A stretch of 64,000 bases of DNA from Thermoanaerobaculia bacterium (GTDB lineage: Bacteria; Acidobacteriota; Thermoanaerobaculia; Multivoradales; Multivoraceae). The notes under the pieces were generated by a model. It had not been told where the DNA came from. It ran no database searches and saw only the letters and a list, made by a program, of their open reading frames with translations. Position 1 is the first letter of the stretch, and the number at the start of each line of letters is the position of its first letter. Positions 35,901-46,278 of the stretch are shown here, one piece after another. The position numbers and the translations under genes are program-made. The DNA lies in contig OY762911.1 of NCBI GenBank assembly GCA_963666565.1, positions 576,001 through 640,000 on the forward strand, read 5' to 3'.

Positions 35901-36530
35901 CTCGATCGTCACCGAGACCGCCACCGGCAGGCGCCATCCGAGACGCCGGAACGCCTCCTCGATGCCGATCAGCCCCGCCTTCACGTTGCGCGTGTCCTGG
36001 CAGGTTTCGAGCAGCAGGTAGTCGGCGCCGCCGGCGGCAAGGCCGAGAGCCTGGGTGCGGTAGTCGTCGCGCAGCCGCTCGAAGGTGACGCCGCCCGTCA
36101 CCGAGATCGCCTTCGTCGTCGGCCCCATCGAGCCGCAGACGAAGCGCTCGGGGCCCTCTTCGGCGCAGGCCTGCCGCGCCAGCTCGGCGGCGCGCCGGTT
36201 CAACTCGAAGGCGCGCTCCCCGAGACCGTACTCGTCGAGCACCAGGGCCGTGCCGCCGAAGGTGTTCGTCTCCACGATGTCGGCCCCGGCCCGGAGGTAG
36301 GAGCGGTGGACGTCGAGCACGACGTCGGGCCGGGTGTCGACCAGGATCTCGTTGCAGCCCTCGAGTTCGTCGCCGCCGAAGTCCTCCGGACCGAGGTTCG
36401 CCGCCTGGAACGCGGTGCCGGTGGCGCCGTCCAGCACGAGGATGCGCTCGCCGAGCGCGGCGCGGAGCGCGCGCGCGCGGGCCGCGCGGTTCTGCGGTGC
36501 GGGGAGTCGTTCGGCCGGCTGCGTGTTCAC
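32931..36530 (-). CDS. metH: Cobalamin-dependent methionine synthase
   Basis: LDGATGT, GLNCATG, GGCCGTT, GERTN, VKGDVHDIGKNLV, RYSFGYPACP. Confidence 0.97.
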   Translation of the reverse strand: MNTQPAERLPAPQNRAARARALRAALGERILVLDGATGTAFQAANLGPEDFGGDELEGCNEILVDTRPDVVLDVHRSYLRAGADIVETNTFGGTALVLDEYGLGERAFELNRRAAELARQACAEEGPERFVCGSMGPTTKAISVTGGVTFERLRDDYRTQALGLAAGGADYLLLETCQDTRNVKAGLIGIEEAFRRLGWRLPVAVSVTIETMGTMLGGQEIEALAASLLHRDRRDLLYVGLNCATGPDQMFDHLRALSEICRTRVACVPNAGLPDEDGLYTQTPEDFRAVFSRFLDHGWLNLVGGCCGTTEAHVEAFAGLVRGRPPRRPAEHARCLVSGLDAVELTEDTRPLLVGERTNVLGSRKFKRLIREGEYEAAAEVGRAQVRSGAQVVDVCLQDPERDEIEDMERFLERLVRRVKAPLMIDSTDHEVMARALTWCQGRSILNSINLEDGLDRFERVVPLAREFGCSLIVGLIDESGMAVSVDRKLEVAERSYELLTGRWGLEPQEIWWDPLVFPCGTGDEAYLGSAKATIEGVRRVREAFPGTRTILGISNVSFGLPLAGREILNSVFLYRCTQAGLDAAIVNTQGLARYAEIPPAERALAETLLELDAGDAEAGRLAVEAFTAAFRERKGWQEQAPRDLLPLPERLSRSVVEGSKEGLRADLDAALADPRWPDPLDIVNGPLMAGMAEVGRLFNDNELIVAEVLQSAEVMKAAVDHLEPHMERLEGMTRGRVILATVKGDVHDIGKNLVDIILTNNGFEVVNLGIKAPSERIVEAARRHEPDVIGLSGLLVKSAQQMVATAGDLRDAGIDTDLVVGGAALTRRFTHNRIAPEYGGVCTYASDAMSGLDLIERLCDGERRAGALERIEALRERDRAPARTGARAKASAATERRSSTVRTEIAPPRPPDLERHVARLRLDDVWPHLNLQMLYAKHLGLKGSVERLRAAGDPKLLKVEAAVEELKEYARGAMEVRGAWRFFPARGDGNRLALFEAGEGREPGGAGADGRSGASLGASEGGFDGGAARSGPDGRFAVAAEWRLPRQPREDGLCLADYVLPAGDHVALFVVTAGAGVRETAERFRREGEYLKSHAYAALALETAEAAAELLHQRLRAALGFPDPPGMTTRERLAAKYRGKRYSFGYPACPDLADQRQLFAALAPADIGVELTEGDMMDPEATVSALVFHHPDAKYFGV

Positions 36531-36654
36531 TTCGTCGGTTCCCGGGGGCGATCGTCCAGCCGCGTCGGAACGCTAGCAGCCAGCGCGGCGGAATTGCAGC
36601 GTCGGCGCGCATGGAACTGGCCGCCCGCCGGGTGCGCGACGATGGCGACGATCA

Positions 36655-37053
36655 CTACCGAGGGAATCGCGGCCAGACGCCGGCGGCGAGCAGGGCGCCG
36701 GCGGCGACGCCGGCGGCGTCGGCGACCAGGTCCATCCACTCGCCCGACCGGTAGCCGAGCAGCATCTGCGCCAGCTCGAGGGCGGCGCCGTAGGCCACGG
36801 CGCCGGCGGCCGCCAGGAGCACGCCGCGGACCGTCCCGCCTCGCGCCGCGGCGCCGCACCACACCCAGGCGAGCAGGGCGAACAGCACGCCGTGAGCGAG
36901 CCAGTCCCAGGGCGCCTCCGCCGCCAGCGCGGGCGTCTCGCCCAGGAGCAGGGCCAGCAGGCGCGCCACGATCCGCTCCAGGGGCGCCGCGAACAGGGGC
37001 GCCGGCAGGAGCAGGAACAAGCCGACGCCGGCGGCGACGCCCACCGAGAGCAA
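36655..37053 (-). CDS. VanZ-like membrane protein
   Basis: DWLAHGVLFALL, YGAALELAQ, RSGEWMDLVADAAG. Confidence 0.75.
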   Translation of the reverse strand: MLSVGVAAGVGLFLLLPAPLFAAPLERIVARLLALLLGETPALAAEAPWDWLAHGVLFALLAWVWCGAAARGGTVRGVLLAAAGAVAYGAALELAQMLLGYRSGEWMDLVADAAGVAAGALLAAGVWPRFPR

Positions 37054-37087
37054 CCGCCAGGGTGACGCCAGGCGCCGCGGGGAGGAC

Positions 37088-38809
37088 TCAGCGGGGTCCG
37101 ACGAACCCCTCCTTCTCCAGGTGGAGGATCACCTGCTGCGCGGCCTCCTCGGCGGTGATGTCCGTCGTGTCGATGAGCATGTCCGGGTTCTCCGGCGCCT
37201 CGTACGGGTCCGAGATGCCGGTGAAGGCGTCGATCAGCCCCGCCCGGGCCTTCGCGTAGAGCCCCTTCACGTCGCGCTCCTCGCACACCTCCAGCGGCGT
37301 CGCGACGTGCACCAGGATGAACCCGCCCACGTCCTCGATCATCTCCCGCACGTCCCGGCGCACGTTCTCGTAGGGGGCGATCGGAGCGCAGATGGCGACG
37401 CCGCCGTTCTTCGTGATCTCCGATGCGACGAAGCCGATGCGGCGGATGTTGATGTCCCGGTGCTCCCGCGAGAACCCCAGCTCGGACGACAGGTTGGTGC
37501 GCACGATGTCGCCGTCGAGCAGGGTCACGGGCCGGCCGCCCGCCTCCAGGAACTTGACCAGGAGCACGTTGGCGATCGTCGACTTGCCGGCGCCCGAGAG
37601 GCCGGTGAAGAACACGGTGAACCCCTGTTCGCTACGGGCCGGATGGCTCCGGCGCAGTTCCCGGGCCACTTCCGGGAAGGTGAACCACTCAGGAATCGGC
37701 AGGCCCCGGCGCAGCCGGCGGCGCAGGTCGCTGCCAGAGATGGAGAGCGTCCGCTCCCCTTCCTTCACGTCGTCGATCGGTTCGTACGAATCCCGTTCCT
37801 CGACGTAGACCATCATCCGGAAGGGGACCATCTTCACGCCGAGTTCGGCCTCGTGCTCGATCATCAGCTCCTGCGCGTCGTACGGACCGTAGAAGGGCTT
37901 CCCGGAGGAGTCGACGCCCGGTCCCGCGTGGTCCCGGCCGACGATCAGGTGGGTGCAACCGTAGTTCCTGCGGATGAACGCGTGCCAGAGCGCCTCGCGC
38001 GGCCCGGCCATCCGCATGGCGAGCGGCAGCAGCGCCAGCTCGGCGGTGTGGCGCGGATAGTGGGCGAGGACCTTGCGGTAGCAGCGGACCCGCGTGTAGT
38101 GGTCCAGGTCGCCCGGCTTCGTCATGCCGACGACCGGGTGGATCAGCAGGTTCGCCTCCAGTTCGCGGGCCGCCCGCAGGGTCAGCTCGAAGTGCGCCCG
38201 GTGCATGGGATTGCGGGTCTGGAAGGCCACCGCCGTCTTCCATCCGAGCTGGGCGAAGCGCCGCCGCAACTGCTGCGGCGTCTTGCGCAGTCCGGGGAAG
38301 TCGTAGTGCCGGGGCGCCTGGACTCCCTCGATCCGGCCGCCCACCGACACGGTGTTCGTCCGCTGGTAGAGGTGGGCGACGCCGGGGTGCGCCCGGTCCA
38401 GCGTTCCGTAGACCAGCTCCGCTTCCTTGCGCCGGTCGTGCTCCCAGACATCCTCGACGGTGAGCGCCGCGAGCATGAGCCCCTCCGGATCGCGCAGGAC
38501 CAGCTTCGACCCGGACTCCAGCCCGGCGGCGGCCTCCGGCGCGACGTCGAGCGTGATCGGAATCGGCCACAAGGCGCCGGACGGCAGGCGCATCGTCTCG
38601 CACACGCTGTCGAACGCGGCCCGGGTCATGAACCCGTCGAGCGGCGAGAAGCCGCCGCAGAGCAGCAGCTCCAGGTCGCAGATCTGGCGCGGCGTCAGCG
38701 TCCAGGAGGGCCACTCGCGCGATCCCTCCCGCAGTTCGTTCAGGCGTTGCGGGGCGGCGATCAGCGGCCGCGGCGAGCCGCTGCGCCGCGCCACCTGCGG
38801 CTCGGTCAT
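37088..38809 (-). CDS. Bifunctional sulfate adenylyltransferase / adenylylsulfate kinase
   Basis: FQTRNPMHRAH, GRDHAG; C-terminal FTGLSGAGKS, LDGD, FTGISDPYE. Confidence 0.95.
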   Translation of the reverse strand: MTEPQVARRSGSPRPLIAAPQRLNELREGSREWPSWTLTPRQICDLELLLCGGFSPLDGFMTRAAFDSVCETMRLPSGALWPIPITLDVAPEAAAGLESGSKLVLRDPEGLMLAALTVEDVWEHDRRKEAELVYGTLDRAHPGVAHLYQRTNTVSVGGRIEGVQAPRHYDFPGLRKTPQQLRRRFAQLGWKTAVAFQTRNPMHRAHFELTLRAARELEANLLIHPVVGMTKPGDLDHYTRVRCYRKVLAHYPRHTAELALLPLAMRMAGPREALWHAFIRRNYGCTHLIVGRDHAGPGVDSSGKPFYGPYDAQELMIEHEAELGVKMVPFRMMVYVEERDSYEPIDDVKEGERTLSISGSDLRRRLRRGLPIPEWFTFPEVARELRRSHPARSEQGFTVFFTGLSGAGKSTIANVLLVKFLEAGGRPVTLLDGDIVRTNLSSELGFSREHRDINIRRIGFVASEITKNGGVAICAPIAPYENVRRDVREMIEDVGGFILVHVATPLEVCEERDVKGLYAKARAGLIDAFTGISDPYEAPENPDMLIDTTDITAEEAAQQVILHLEKEGFVGPR

Positions 38810-38913
38810 CGTCTGCTCCGTCGAGGTCGTCGTCGTGCGGCCCGGCACCGCCGGCCGGCGCGGCAGTCTAGCAGCCGGCGCCGGGCGAGTAGCATCGGCG
38901 CCGGAACGCAGCC

Positions 38914-40464
38914 ATGGTCTGGGAGCGAGAGATAGCGGAACTGAAGCGGCGCCGCGAGTTCGCCCAACGGATGGGCGGCGAGGCCGGCATCGCGGAGCAG
39001 CACCGCCGCGGCAAGCTGACGATCCGGGAGCGTCTCGACCTGTTCACCGACGAGGGTTCGTTCCAGGAGATCGGCGAGCTCGCCGGAGTCGCCACCTACG
39101 ACGGCAACGAGCTCCAGGACGTGCGGCCCTCCAACCGGGTCATCGGGCTCGCCCGCCTGAACGGCCGCCGCGCGGTTCTGAACGGCGGCGACTTCACCGT
39201 GCGCGGCGGCGCCTCCGACGCGTCGATCGGCGACAAGAGCGGCCACGCCCAGAAGCTGGCGCTCGGCTGGCGCCTGCCCTACGTGCGCCTCCTCGACTCC
39301 ACCGGCGGCAGCGTCAAGACCTTCGAGAAGATCGGACGCACCTACATTCCGACCAACCCGGCCACCCCGGGCATCGAGGACCTGCTGTGCCGGGTGCCGG
39401 TGGTCGCCGCCGTGCTCGGTTCGGTCGCCGGGCTGCCGGCCGTCGAGGCGTGCCTCGCCCACTTCAACGTCATGGTGAGGGGCACCAGCCAGGTGTTCCC
39501 GGGTGGGCCGCCCGTCGTCAAGGCCGCGCTCGGCATCGACATCACGAAGGAAGATCTCGGCGACGAGCGCACGCAGGTGTTCGGCAGCGGCGTCATCGAC
39601 AACCTCGCCGACTCCGAGGAAGAGGCCTTCGCGATGCTCAAGCGGTTCCTGAGCTACCTGCCCGACAGCGTCTGGAAGCTGCCGCCCCGCGGTGAAACCC
39701 ACGACGACCCGGAGCGGCGCGAGCCGTCGCTCCTGTCCGCCATCCCGCGCGAGAAGAACCGGGCCTACGACCCGAGAGCGATCCTCGACGCGGTGCTCGA
39801 CCGCGGCTCCTTCTTCGAGATCACGCCGCACTACGGGCGCTCCCGCATCGTCGGACTCGCCCGGGTCAACGGCTATCCGGTCGGCACGATGATCAACAAC
39901 CCGAGCCATCTCGGCGGCTCGATGAACGTGGCCGCCGGCACCAAGGTGATCCGCTTCCTGCAACTCTGCGACACCTTCCACCTGCCCATGATCTACTTCG
40001 CCGACGAGCCCGGCTTCATGGTCGGCCCCGAGCAGCAGCGCCAGGGAATCGTCCGCGCCGGCGCCAAGATGCTGTGCGCGACGCTCAGGACGCGCATGCC
40101 GTGGCTCACCATCGTCATCCGGCAGCTCTACGGCGTCGCCGGCCAGTGCCACGACCGCCCGAGCGGCATGTTCCGGCGCGTGGCGTGGCCATCCGGCCAC
40201 TGGGGGTCGATGCACATCTCCGGCGGCGTGACCGCCGCCTACCGACGCATCATCCGGGAGTCCGACGACCCCGCGGCCAAGCAGAAGGAGATCGAGGACC
40301 GCCTGGAAGCCCTGGCGTCGCCGTTCCGCACCGCCGAGGCATTCAACATCGAGGAGATCGTCGATCCCCGCGAGAGCCGGCCGATGGTCCGCGACTTCAT
40401 CGACACCGCCCAGGCGGTGCTCGAGACCCAGCTCGGGCCGGGTCCGACGCCGTACATGCCGTAG
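38914..40464 (+). CDS. Acyl-CoA carboxylase carboxyltransferase subunit
   Basis: GKLTIRER, DFTVRGG, GGPPVVKAA, DEPGFMVG, EIVDPRESR. Confidence 0.9.
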   Translation: MVWEREIAELKRRREFAQRMGGEAGIAEQHRRGKLTIRERLDLFTDEGSFQEIGELAGVATYDGNELQDVRPSNRVIGLARLNGRRAVLNGGDFTVRGGASDASIGDKSGHAQKLALGWRLPYVRLLDSTGGSVKTFEKIGRTYIPTNPATPGIEDLLCRVPVVAAVLGSVAGLPAVEACLAHFNVMVRGTSQVFPGGPPVVKAALGIDITKEDLGDERTQVFGSGVIDNLADSEEEAFAMLKRFLSYLPDSVWKLPPRGETHDDPERREPSLLSAIPREKNRAYDPRAILDAVLDRGSFFEITPHYGRSRIVGLARVNGYPVGTMINNPSHLGGSMNVAAGTKVIRFLQLCDTFHLPMIYFADEPGFMVGPEQQRQGIVRAGAKMLCATLRTRMPWLTIVIRQLYGVAGQCHDRPSGMFRRVAWPSGHWGSMHISGGVTAAYRRIIRESDDPAAKQKEIEDRLEALASPFRTAEAFNIEEIVDPRESRPMVRDFIDTAQAVLETQLGPGPTPYMP

Positions 40465-40475
40465 CCGGCGCCGCT

Positions 40476-41518
<1,043 letters not shown>

Positions 41519-41522
<4 letters not shown>

Positions 41523-42751
41523 ACCAGCTTCAGCAGGTGGCCCATCTTGTCCCGCTTGACCCGGAGATAGTCGCGGTTCGACTCCGTCGGCTCGATCTCG
41601 ATCGGCACGCGTTCGACGATCTCCAGGCCGTAGCCGGAGAGGGCGATGTACTTGTGCGGGTTGTTCGTCATCAGCCGCATCCGGCGAACGCCGATATCGC
41701 GGAGAATCTGCGCGCCGATGCCGTAGTTGCGGAGGTCGGCCTTGAACCCGAGCTTGTGGTTCGCCTCGACGGTGTCGTGCCCCTCGTCCTGCAGATCGTA
41801 GGCGCGCAGCTTGTTGAACAGGCCGATGCCCCGCCCCTCCTGCAACAGGTAGAGCACGACGCCCTCTCCTTCCTCGGCGATCGTGGAGAGGGCATGGTGC
41901 AACTGGATGCCGCAGTCGCAGCGCTCGGAGTGGAAGACGTCCCCCGTCAGGCACTGGCTGTGGACCCGCACCAGGATGTCCTTGTCCGGCTTCGGCTCGC
42001 CCATCACCAGAGCGACGTGCTCCTCGCCGGTGAGTTCAGCGTGGTAGGCGTAGGCCCTCATCGGACCGTAGAGCGTCGGCATGGTCGGCGAGGCGATCAG
42101 CCTGACCAGGCTCTCGTGCTTCAGCCGGTAGCGGATCAGGTCCGAGACCGTGATCATCGGCAGGTTGTGCAGGCGGCTGTACTCGACGAGGTCCGGGACC
42201 CGCGCCATCGTCCCGTCCTCGTTCATGATCTCGCAGATCACGCCCGCCGGCGTCAGCCCGGCCAGCGCCGCCAGGTCGACCGACGCCTCGGTCTGCCCGG
42301 CTCGCTTCAGCACGCCGCCGCGCTTGGCGCGTAGCGGGAAGACGTGACCCGGTCGCAGCAGGTCGCGGGGACCGGTTGCGGGGTCGATCGCGGTCCGGAT
42401 CGTTGCCGCGCGGTCGGCCGCGGAGATGCCGGTCGTGACCTTGCCGCGGGCCTCGATCGACACGGTGAACGCCGTCTCGAACGGCGCCGTGTTGTCCCGC
42501 ACCATCAGCGGCAGGTCGAGTTCGTCGCAGCGGTCCTCGGTCATCGCCAGGCAGATGAGTCCGCGGCCGTGGGTGGCCATGAAATTGATCGCCTCGGGGG
42601 TCACCTTCTCGGCCGCGATCGCCAGGTCGCCTTCGTTCTCCCGATCCTCGTCGTCGACGATGATCACCTGCCCGCCGCCGCGGAACACATCGACCGCTTC
42701 CTCGATCGGCGTGAAGAGCGACGGTTCCCGTTCCTTGTCTCGCTCCGTCAT
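41519..42751 (-). CDS. ribBA: Bifunctional DHBP synthase / GTP cyclohydrolase II
   Basis: [28 protein letters not shown]...CDCG, QEGRGIG, TNNP. Confidence 0.97.
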
Positions 42752-42761
42752 GGCGGCGATT

Positions 42762-43643
42762 CTACTCGCCCCAGCGGAGCTTGCTGCGCAGGGCGTCGTA
42801 GTGGGTCTGGCCGGAGGCCCGGGCGAGCAGGGCGCGCGACTCCGAGGCGGTCGCGACCACGCGGTCGCCGCCGTGGAGCCGGGCGCCCTCCTGGCCGTCG
42901 AGGGTGAGGTAGACCTCCTCGTCCATGCTGGCCAGGGTCATCGCGATCGTGCTCCGCTCCGGCACGACGATCGGCCGCATGGACAAGGTGTGCGGCGAAA
43001 TCGGCGTCAGCAGGGCGACCGGCAGCGTCGGATAGAGGATCGGTCCGCCTGCGGACAGGCTGTAGGCGGTCGACCCGGTCGGCGTCGAGACGATCAGGCC
43101 GTCCGCCCGGTAGCGGGCCACCGGCTCGCCGTCGATCTCGACCGCCAGTTCGATCATCCGCGCCAGGGCGCTCTTGTGTACGACCGCGTCGTTCAGGGCG
43201 CGATAGCGATCCGTGCCGCCCGCCGCGTGCAGCAACTCGACGTCCAGCAGCAGCCTCTCCTCGACCTCGAACCGTCCCTCGAGGATCGCCTCGAGGTTCG
43301 CCCAGAGCCGGTCCAGGCCGATCTCGGCCAGGTAGCCCAGGCTGCCGAGATTGACGCCGACGATCGGCACGCCGGGCCGATTGCGCGCCACCGACAGCAG
43401 CGTGCCGTCGCCACCGAGGACGACGATCAGCCCCAGGCCCGGCGCGTCCACGCCGCCCGTGGCGACGCCGCGCTCCCGGAGCCAGCTCTCCACGTCGGCG
43501 GCGGTGGCGGCTGCCCGCGAGCTGTCCGGCTTGGCGACCACCGCGACTTCGCGGATTCGTGCGCCCATGCCGCGCGGACGTTCCCGTCGCGGCGCCGAAT
43601 CCGCCGGCGCGGCGGACCTCGACGGAGTCTGCGGACTGGTCAC
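42762..43643 (-). CDS. nadK: NAD kinase
   Basis: [41 protein letters not shown]; true start possibly further downstream. Confidence 0.95.
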   Translation of the reverse strand: MTSPQTPSRSAAPADSAPRRERPRGMGARIREVAVVAKPDSSRAAATAADVESWLRERGVATGGVDAPGLGLIVVLGGDGTLLSVARNRPGVPIVGVNLGSLGYLAEIGLDRLWANLEAILEGRFEVEERLLLDVELLHAAGGTDRYRALNDAVVHKSALARMIELAVEIDGEPVARYRADGLIVSTPTGSTAYSLSAGGPILYPTLPVALLTPISPHTLSMRPIVVPERSTIAMTLASMDEEVYLTLDGQEGARLHGGDRVVATASESRALLARASGQTHYDALRSKLRWGE

Positions 43644-43647
43644 GACC

Positions 43648-44376
43648 TCATGTCCTGAAGTGGGCGAAGATCTCGCGGTTGCCTGCCGGTCCCCGGAGGT
43701 CGCAGTCTACCGAGGCCCGGAATTGGAGCCCGAGGGCGGTCAACTCGGCGATCCGCCGCTCGGCGACGCTCCGCCGCAGGCCGTCGTCGCGCACGACGCC
43801 GCCCTTGCCGACCTGACGGCGGCCGACCTCGAACTGCGGCTTGATCAGGACCAGCAGGTCGGCGCCGGCGGCCAGGTGCGGAAGCAGCGCCGGGGCCACC
43901 TTGACAACCGAGATGAAAGAGACGTCGACGGTGGCGACGCGGCACGGTTCCGGCAGCGCGTCGGCCGCCAGATACCGGGCATTGACCCGTTCCATCACGA
44001 CGACGCGGGGGTCGCCCCGCAGGCCCGCGTCGAGCTGGCCGTAGCCGACGTCGACCGCGTAGACCCTGGCCGCGCCGTGCGCCAGCAGGCAGTCCGTGAA
44101 CCCCCCGGTCGAAGCGCCGACGTCGAGGCAGACGGCGTTCGCCGGGTCCACCCCGAAGGCGCCGAGGGCCTGCTCCAGCTTGCGGCCGCCGCGCGACGCG
44201 TAGGGCTCGGCCCGCCCCCGCACCTCGATCGCGGCGGCGCCGTCGACCGGGATCCCCGGCTTGTCGCGGCGTTCGCCGTCCACGCGGACCCAGCCCGCCA
44301 TCACCGCCCGCTTCGCCTGTTCCCGGCTGGCGAACAGCCCGCGCTCCACCAGCAGCCGATCGAGCCGCCGCCTCAC
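43648..44376 (-). CDS. tlyA: TlyA-family RNA methyltransferase
   Basis: [46 protein letters not shown]. Confidence 0.95.
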   Translation of the reverse strand: MRRRLDRLLVERGLFASREQAKRAVMAGWVRVDGERRDKPGIPVDGAAAIEVRGRAEPYASRGGRKLEQALGAFGVDPANAVCLDVGASTGGFTDCLLAHGAARVYAVDVGYGQLDAGLRGDPRVVVMERVNARYLAADALPEPCRVATVDVSFISVVKVAPALLPHLAAGADLLVLIKPQFEVGRRQVGKGGVVRDDGLRRSVAERRIAELTALGLQFRASVDCDLRGPAGNREIFAHFRT

Positions 44377-45329
44377 GAGCCGCGATGGACCAGGAAGGCG
44401 ACCAGCGCCCGAAACGTCTCCCGCCGGGCGGGCAGCCCCTCGATCAGCGCCAGGCAGCGGTCCGCGGCCTGCCGCGCCTTCCCGCGGCTGGCCTCCAGGC
44501 CGAACAGGCCCGGATAGGTCAACTTGCCTGCCTGACGGTCCTTGCCCGGCGTCTTGCCGAGCGTCTCGGAACTGCCGACCTCGTCCAGGATGTCGTCGCC
44601 GATCTGAAACAGGAGACCCAGCTCGGCGCCGATCCTGCCGAGCTGTTCGACCGCCTCGGCGGCCGCGCCCGCGTAGACGCCGCCGAGCCGCATGGCGGCC
44701 TCGATCAGCGCGCCCGTCTTCAGCCGGTGGATCCGTTCCAGCGCCCCGGCGTCGGCGCCAAGCGGAGCCGGCCCTCGGCCGGCGCGTTTCCTGGCCGCCT
44801 TCGGCGGCAGCGGGTCGGACCCGCGCACCCAGCCCTCGTGCTGAAGATCGAAGACCTGGCCGCCGATCATCCCCGCCGTGCCGACCGCGTCCGCAGCCAG
44901 CCGGACCGCCTCCAGCCGGCGCTCCGGCGGCGCCGAGGCCGGTTCGCGGCTCAGGACCTCGTACGCCCGGTTCAGCAGGGCGTCGCCGGCGAGCACCGCC
45001 ATCGCCTCTCCCCGCGCGCGGTGCAGGGTCGGCCGCCCGCGCCGCAGGTCGTCGTCGTCCAGCGCCGGCAGGTCGTCGTGGATCAGGCTGAACGCGTGGA
45101 TCATCTCCAGAGCCGCGCCGCCGGCCAGCAGGTCCTCCCGCGCGGCCCCCCAGGCTTCGCCCGCGAGCACGACCAGGGCCGGCCGGACCCGCTTGCCGCC
45201 CGCGAACACGCTGTAGCGCATGGCGTCGTGGATCGCGGTCGGCTCGGTCTCCGCGCCGGGCAGCAGCCGGTCGAGCGCCGCGTCGATCTCCGGCCGGAGG
45301 GCCGACAGGAAGGACGGAAAGTCGCTCAC
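44373..45329 (-). CDS. ispA: Polyprenyl (farnesyl diphosphate) synthase
   Basis: GGKRVRP, LIHDDLPALDDDDLRRG, GQVFD, KTG, FQIGDDILD, GKD. Confidence 0.93.
   Translation of the reverse strand: MSDFPSFLSALRPEIDAALDRLLPGAETEPTAIHDAMRYSVFAGGKRVRPALVVLAGEAWGAAREDLLAGGAALEMIHAFSLIHDDLPALDDDDLRRGRPTLHRARGEAMAVLAGDALLNRAYEVLSREPASAPPERRLEAVRLAADAVGTAGMIGGQVFDLQHEGWVRGSDPLPPKAARKRAGRGPAPLGADAGALERIHRLKTGALIEAAMRLGGVYAGAAAEAVEQLGRIGAELGLLFQIGDDILDEVGSSETLGKTPGKDRQAGKLTYPGLFGLEASRGKARQAADRCLALIEGLPARRETFRALVAFLVHRGS
44788..44833. repeat. REP-like copy embedded in frame in ispA
   Basis: ttcctggccgccttcggcggcagcgggtcggacccgcgcacccagc matches intergenic copies at 9843, 47293-47323 and 61274. Confidence 0.88.
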
Positions 45330-45613
45330 GCGCCGGGCGCCTGTCCACCCTCTCCGGCCGCTTCCGGCAGGACCTCGGGCGCCGGCAGGGCCTCGGCGAC
45401 CAGCATCACCGGCACGTCGCTCACGATCGGATAGACGAGACCCGATTCCCGGCACCAGAGCCCCTCCGTCACCACCGGTTCCTCGTCGTCGAAGTGCTCC
45501 CGGTAGCGGTCGACGAGCCGCGCGCACGCATCCGCGGGCAGCGGCACGGGTTCGAGCGCCCCCTTCGACCTGGGGCACACGAGGAGTTCGAGCAGTTCGG
45601 GATCGACCGGCAT
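45326..45613 (-). CDS. Trm112-like protein
   Basis: DPELLELLVCPRSKGAL...VYPIVSDVPVML. Confidence 0.82.
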   Translation of the reverse strand: MPVDPELLELLVCPRSKGALEPVPLPADACARLVDRYREHFDDEEPVVTEGLWCRESGLVYPIVSDVPVMLVAEALPAPEVLPEAAGEGGQAPGA

Positions 45614-45627
45614 CTACGGATTGCCTC

Positions 45628-46221
45628 CTACCTGGACCAGCGGAGAAGCAGGGAGTTCACCCCCGGGTTGCGACGATAGTAGGACGAATTCGACAGGTGG
45701 AAGAAACCGAAGCTCACGCGCGAGCCGCCGCGCAGCCGCCGGCCGACCGAGAGCCCCGAGCGGAACTCGAGCTCGCCGCCGATGTCCTTGCCGTCCCCCT
45801 CCTCGTAGAAACCGACCGAGGTGACCAGGTCGACGAACCAGGCGCGCCCGAAGTTGAACCGCTGGTCGGTGCCGGCGTAAAGGAAGAACGACTCGTCGGG
45901 AGTGACGAACGCCCCCACGTGCGGGCCCATCCCGTGGCACCAGTCCGCGCCGAACCGGTGCTCGACACCGACCTCGACCGTCTCGAAGTCCTTGCCGAAG
46001 TCGATCACGCCGGCGCTCAGGATCGGCCCGGCCTCGTCGGCTCGGCTCGGCCCTGCGTGCTCCCCGTCCGCGTTGCAGGCGAACGCCGCCGGGGCGGCCA
46101 GGCCCCCCAGCAACGCCAGCAGCGCCGACAACGGCAGCAGCCTCGACAACGGCGGCAGCCGCGGCAAAGGCGGCAGCCGCAGCAACGGCAGCCACTCCAA
46201 CGAACGCAGAACGCGCGCCAC
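45628..46221 (-). CDS. PagL-like outer-membrane beta-barrel (acyloxyacyl hydrolase family)
   Basis: GKDIGGELEFRSGL, FFHLSNSS...NPGVNS; signal peptide; GTG start inferred. Confidence 0.78.
   Translation of the reverse strand: MARVLRSLEWLPLLRLPPLPRLPPLSRLLPLSALLALLGGLAAPAAFACNADGEHAGPSRADEAGPILSAGVIDFGKDFETVEVGVEHRFGADWCHGMGPHVGAFVTPDESFFLYAGTDQRFNFGRAWFVDLVTSVGFYEEGDGKDIGGELEFRSGLSVGRRLRGGSRVSFGFFHLSNSSYYRRNPGVNSLLLRWSR
46111..46200. repeat. 18-bp degenerate tandem repeat x5 in the signal region of the PagL-like gene
   Basis: caacgccagcagcgccga / caacggcagcagcctcga / caacggcggcagccgcgg / caaaggcggcagccgcag / caacggcagccactccaa. Confidence 0.75.
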
Positions 46222-46278
46222 GTTGCGCGGACCTCTGTAGCGCACGGCCGCGTAGCCTACTCCGCATACAATGCGCGC

